NCBI RefSeq assembly: GCF_963921235.1 | Contig: NC_086118.1 | Span: 24,182,001-24,246,000 of the forward strand | Direction of reading: 5' to 3' | From: Mobula hypostoma | Taxonomy: Eukaryota | Length of the DNA: 64,000 bases | Part shown: piece by piece, positions 63,632 to 64,000 of the stretch | Layout: each line of letters opens with the position of its first letter | Position numbering within the stretch: the stretch's first letter is position 1 | Program-made: the position numbers and the translations under genes | The notes under the pieces: model-generated | The model's input: only the letters and a program-made list of their open reading frames with translations | The model's database searches: none | What the model was told of the DNA's origin: nothing

Positions 63632-64000
63632 TATAGAACATAGAATAGTACAGCACAGTACAGGCCCTTCAGCCCACAATGTTGTGCCAACCCTCAAACC
63701 CTGCCTCCCATATAAGCCCCACCTTAAATTCCTCCATATACCTGTCTAGTAGTCTCTTAAACTTCACTAGTGTATCTGCCTCCACCACTGACTCAGGCAG
63801 TGCATTCCACGCACCAACCACTCTCTGAGTAAAAAACCTTCCTATATTATCCCCCTTGAACTTCCCACCCCTTACCTTAAAGCCATGTCCTCTTGTATTG
63901 AGCAGTGGTGCCCTGGGGAAGAGGCGCTGGCTATCCACTCTATCTATTCCTCTTATCATCTTGTATACCTCTATCATGTCTCCTCTCATCCTCCTTCTCT
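63632..64000 (-). mobile_element. CR1 LINE 3' end, runs off the window
   Basis: Peptide MRGDMIEVYKMIRGIDRVD...FFTQRVVGAWNALPESVVEA and a simple-repeat tail. Confidence 0.9.

Noticed and set aside
24200..64000. TEKT3 or CDRT4 exons expected from mammalian synteny
   Set aside because: No convincing tektin or CDRT4 peptide found. The 58744-58877 frame is only vaguely similar to a tektin C-terminus.
1..64000. CRISPR arrays, operons or other prokaryotic systems
   Set aside because: Intron-containing vertebrate DNA with no regularly spaced repeat-spacer array.

Overview
Vertebrate genomic DNA. The repeat complement (HER1-like CR1 LINEs, V-SINE/HE1-like SINEs, Penelope, Rex1/Babar) suggests a cartilaginous fish, probably a ray (inference). 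The one supportable host gene is PMP22 (peripheral myelin protein 22) on the minus strand: four coding exons (21878-21801, 21306-21213, 16739-16599, 5094-4928; 78+94+141+167 = 480 nt, 159 aa plus stop), all with GT-AG introns, a CpG-rich 5' region (~20.8-24.2 kb) and candidate non-coding first exons. The rest is mostly decayed retroelements: CR1, RTE, Rex1/Babar, SINEs, Penelope-like elements with minimal hammerhead-ribozyme motifs, a two-LTR Gypsy element (PNMA-like gag, tRNA-Pro PBS, RT missing), a solo LTR and a tiny hAT MITE. The most notable observations are: a ~750-bp fold-back in the last PMP22 intron that looks like a template-switch inverted duplication; a Penelope insertion with an inverted 5' arm, two opposed hammerheads and a 12-bp TSD; a locally templated 109-bp patch at another Penelope junction; and an extended miR-29 site in the PMP22 3' UTR. 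I found no convincing wholly new multi-gene system. Most ORFs in the supplied track are repeat-derived or spurious.
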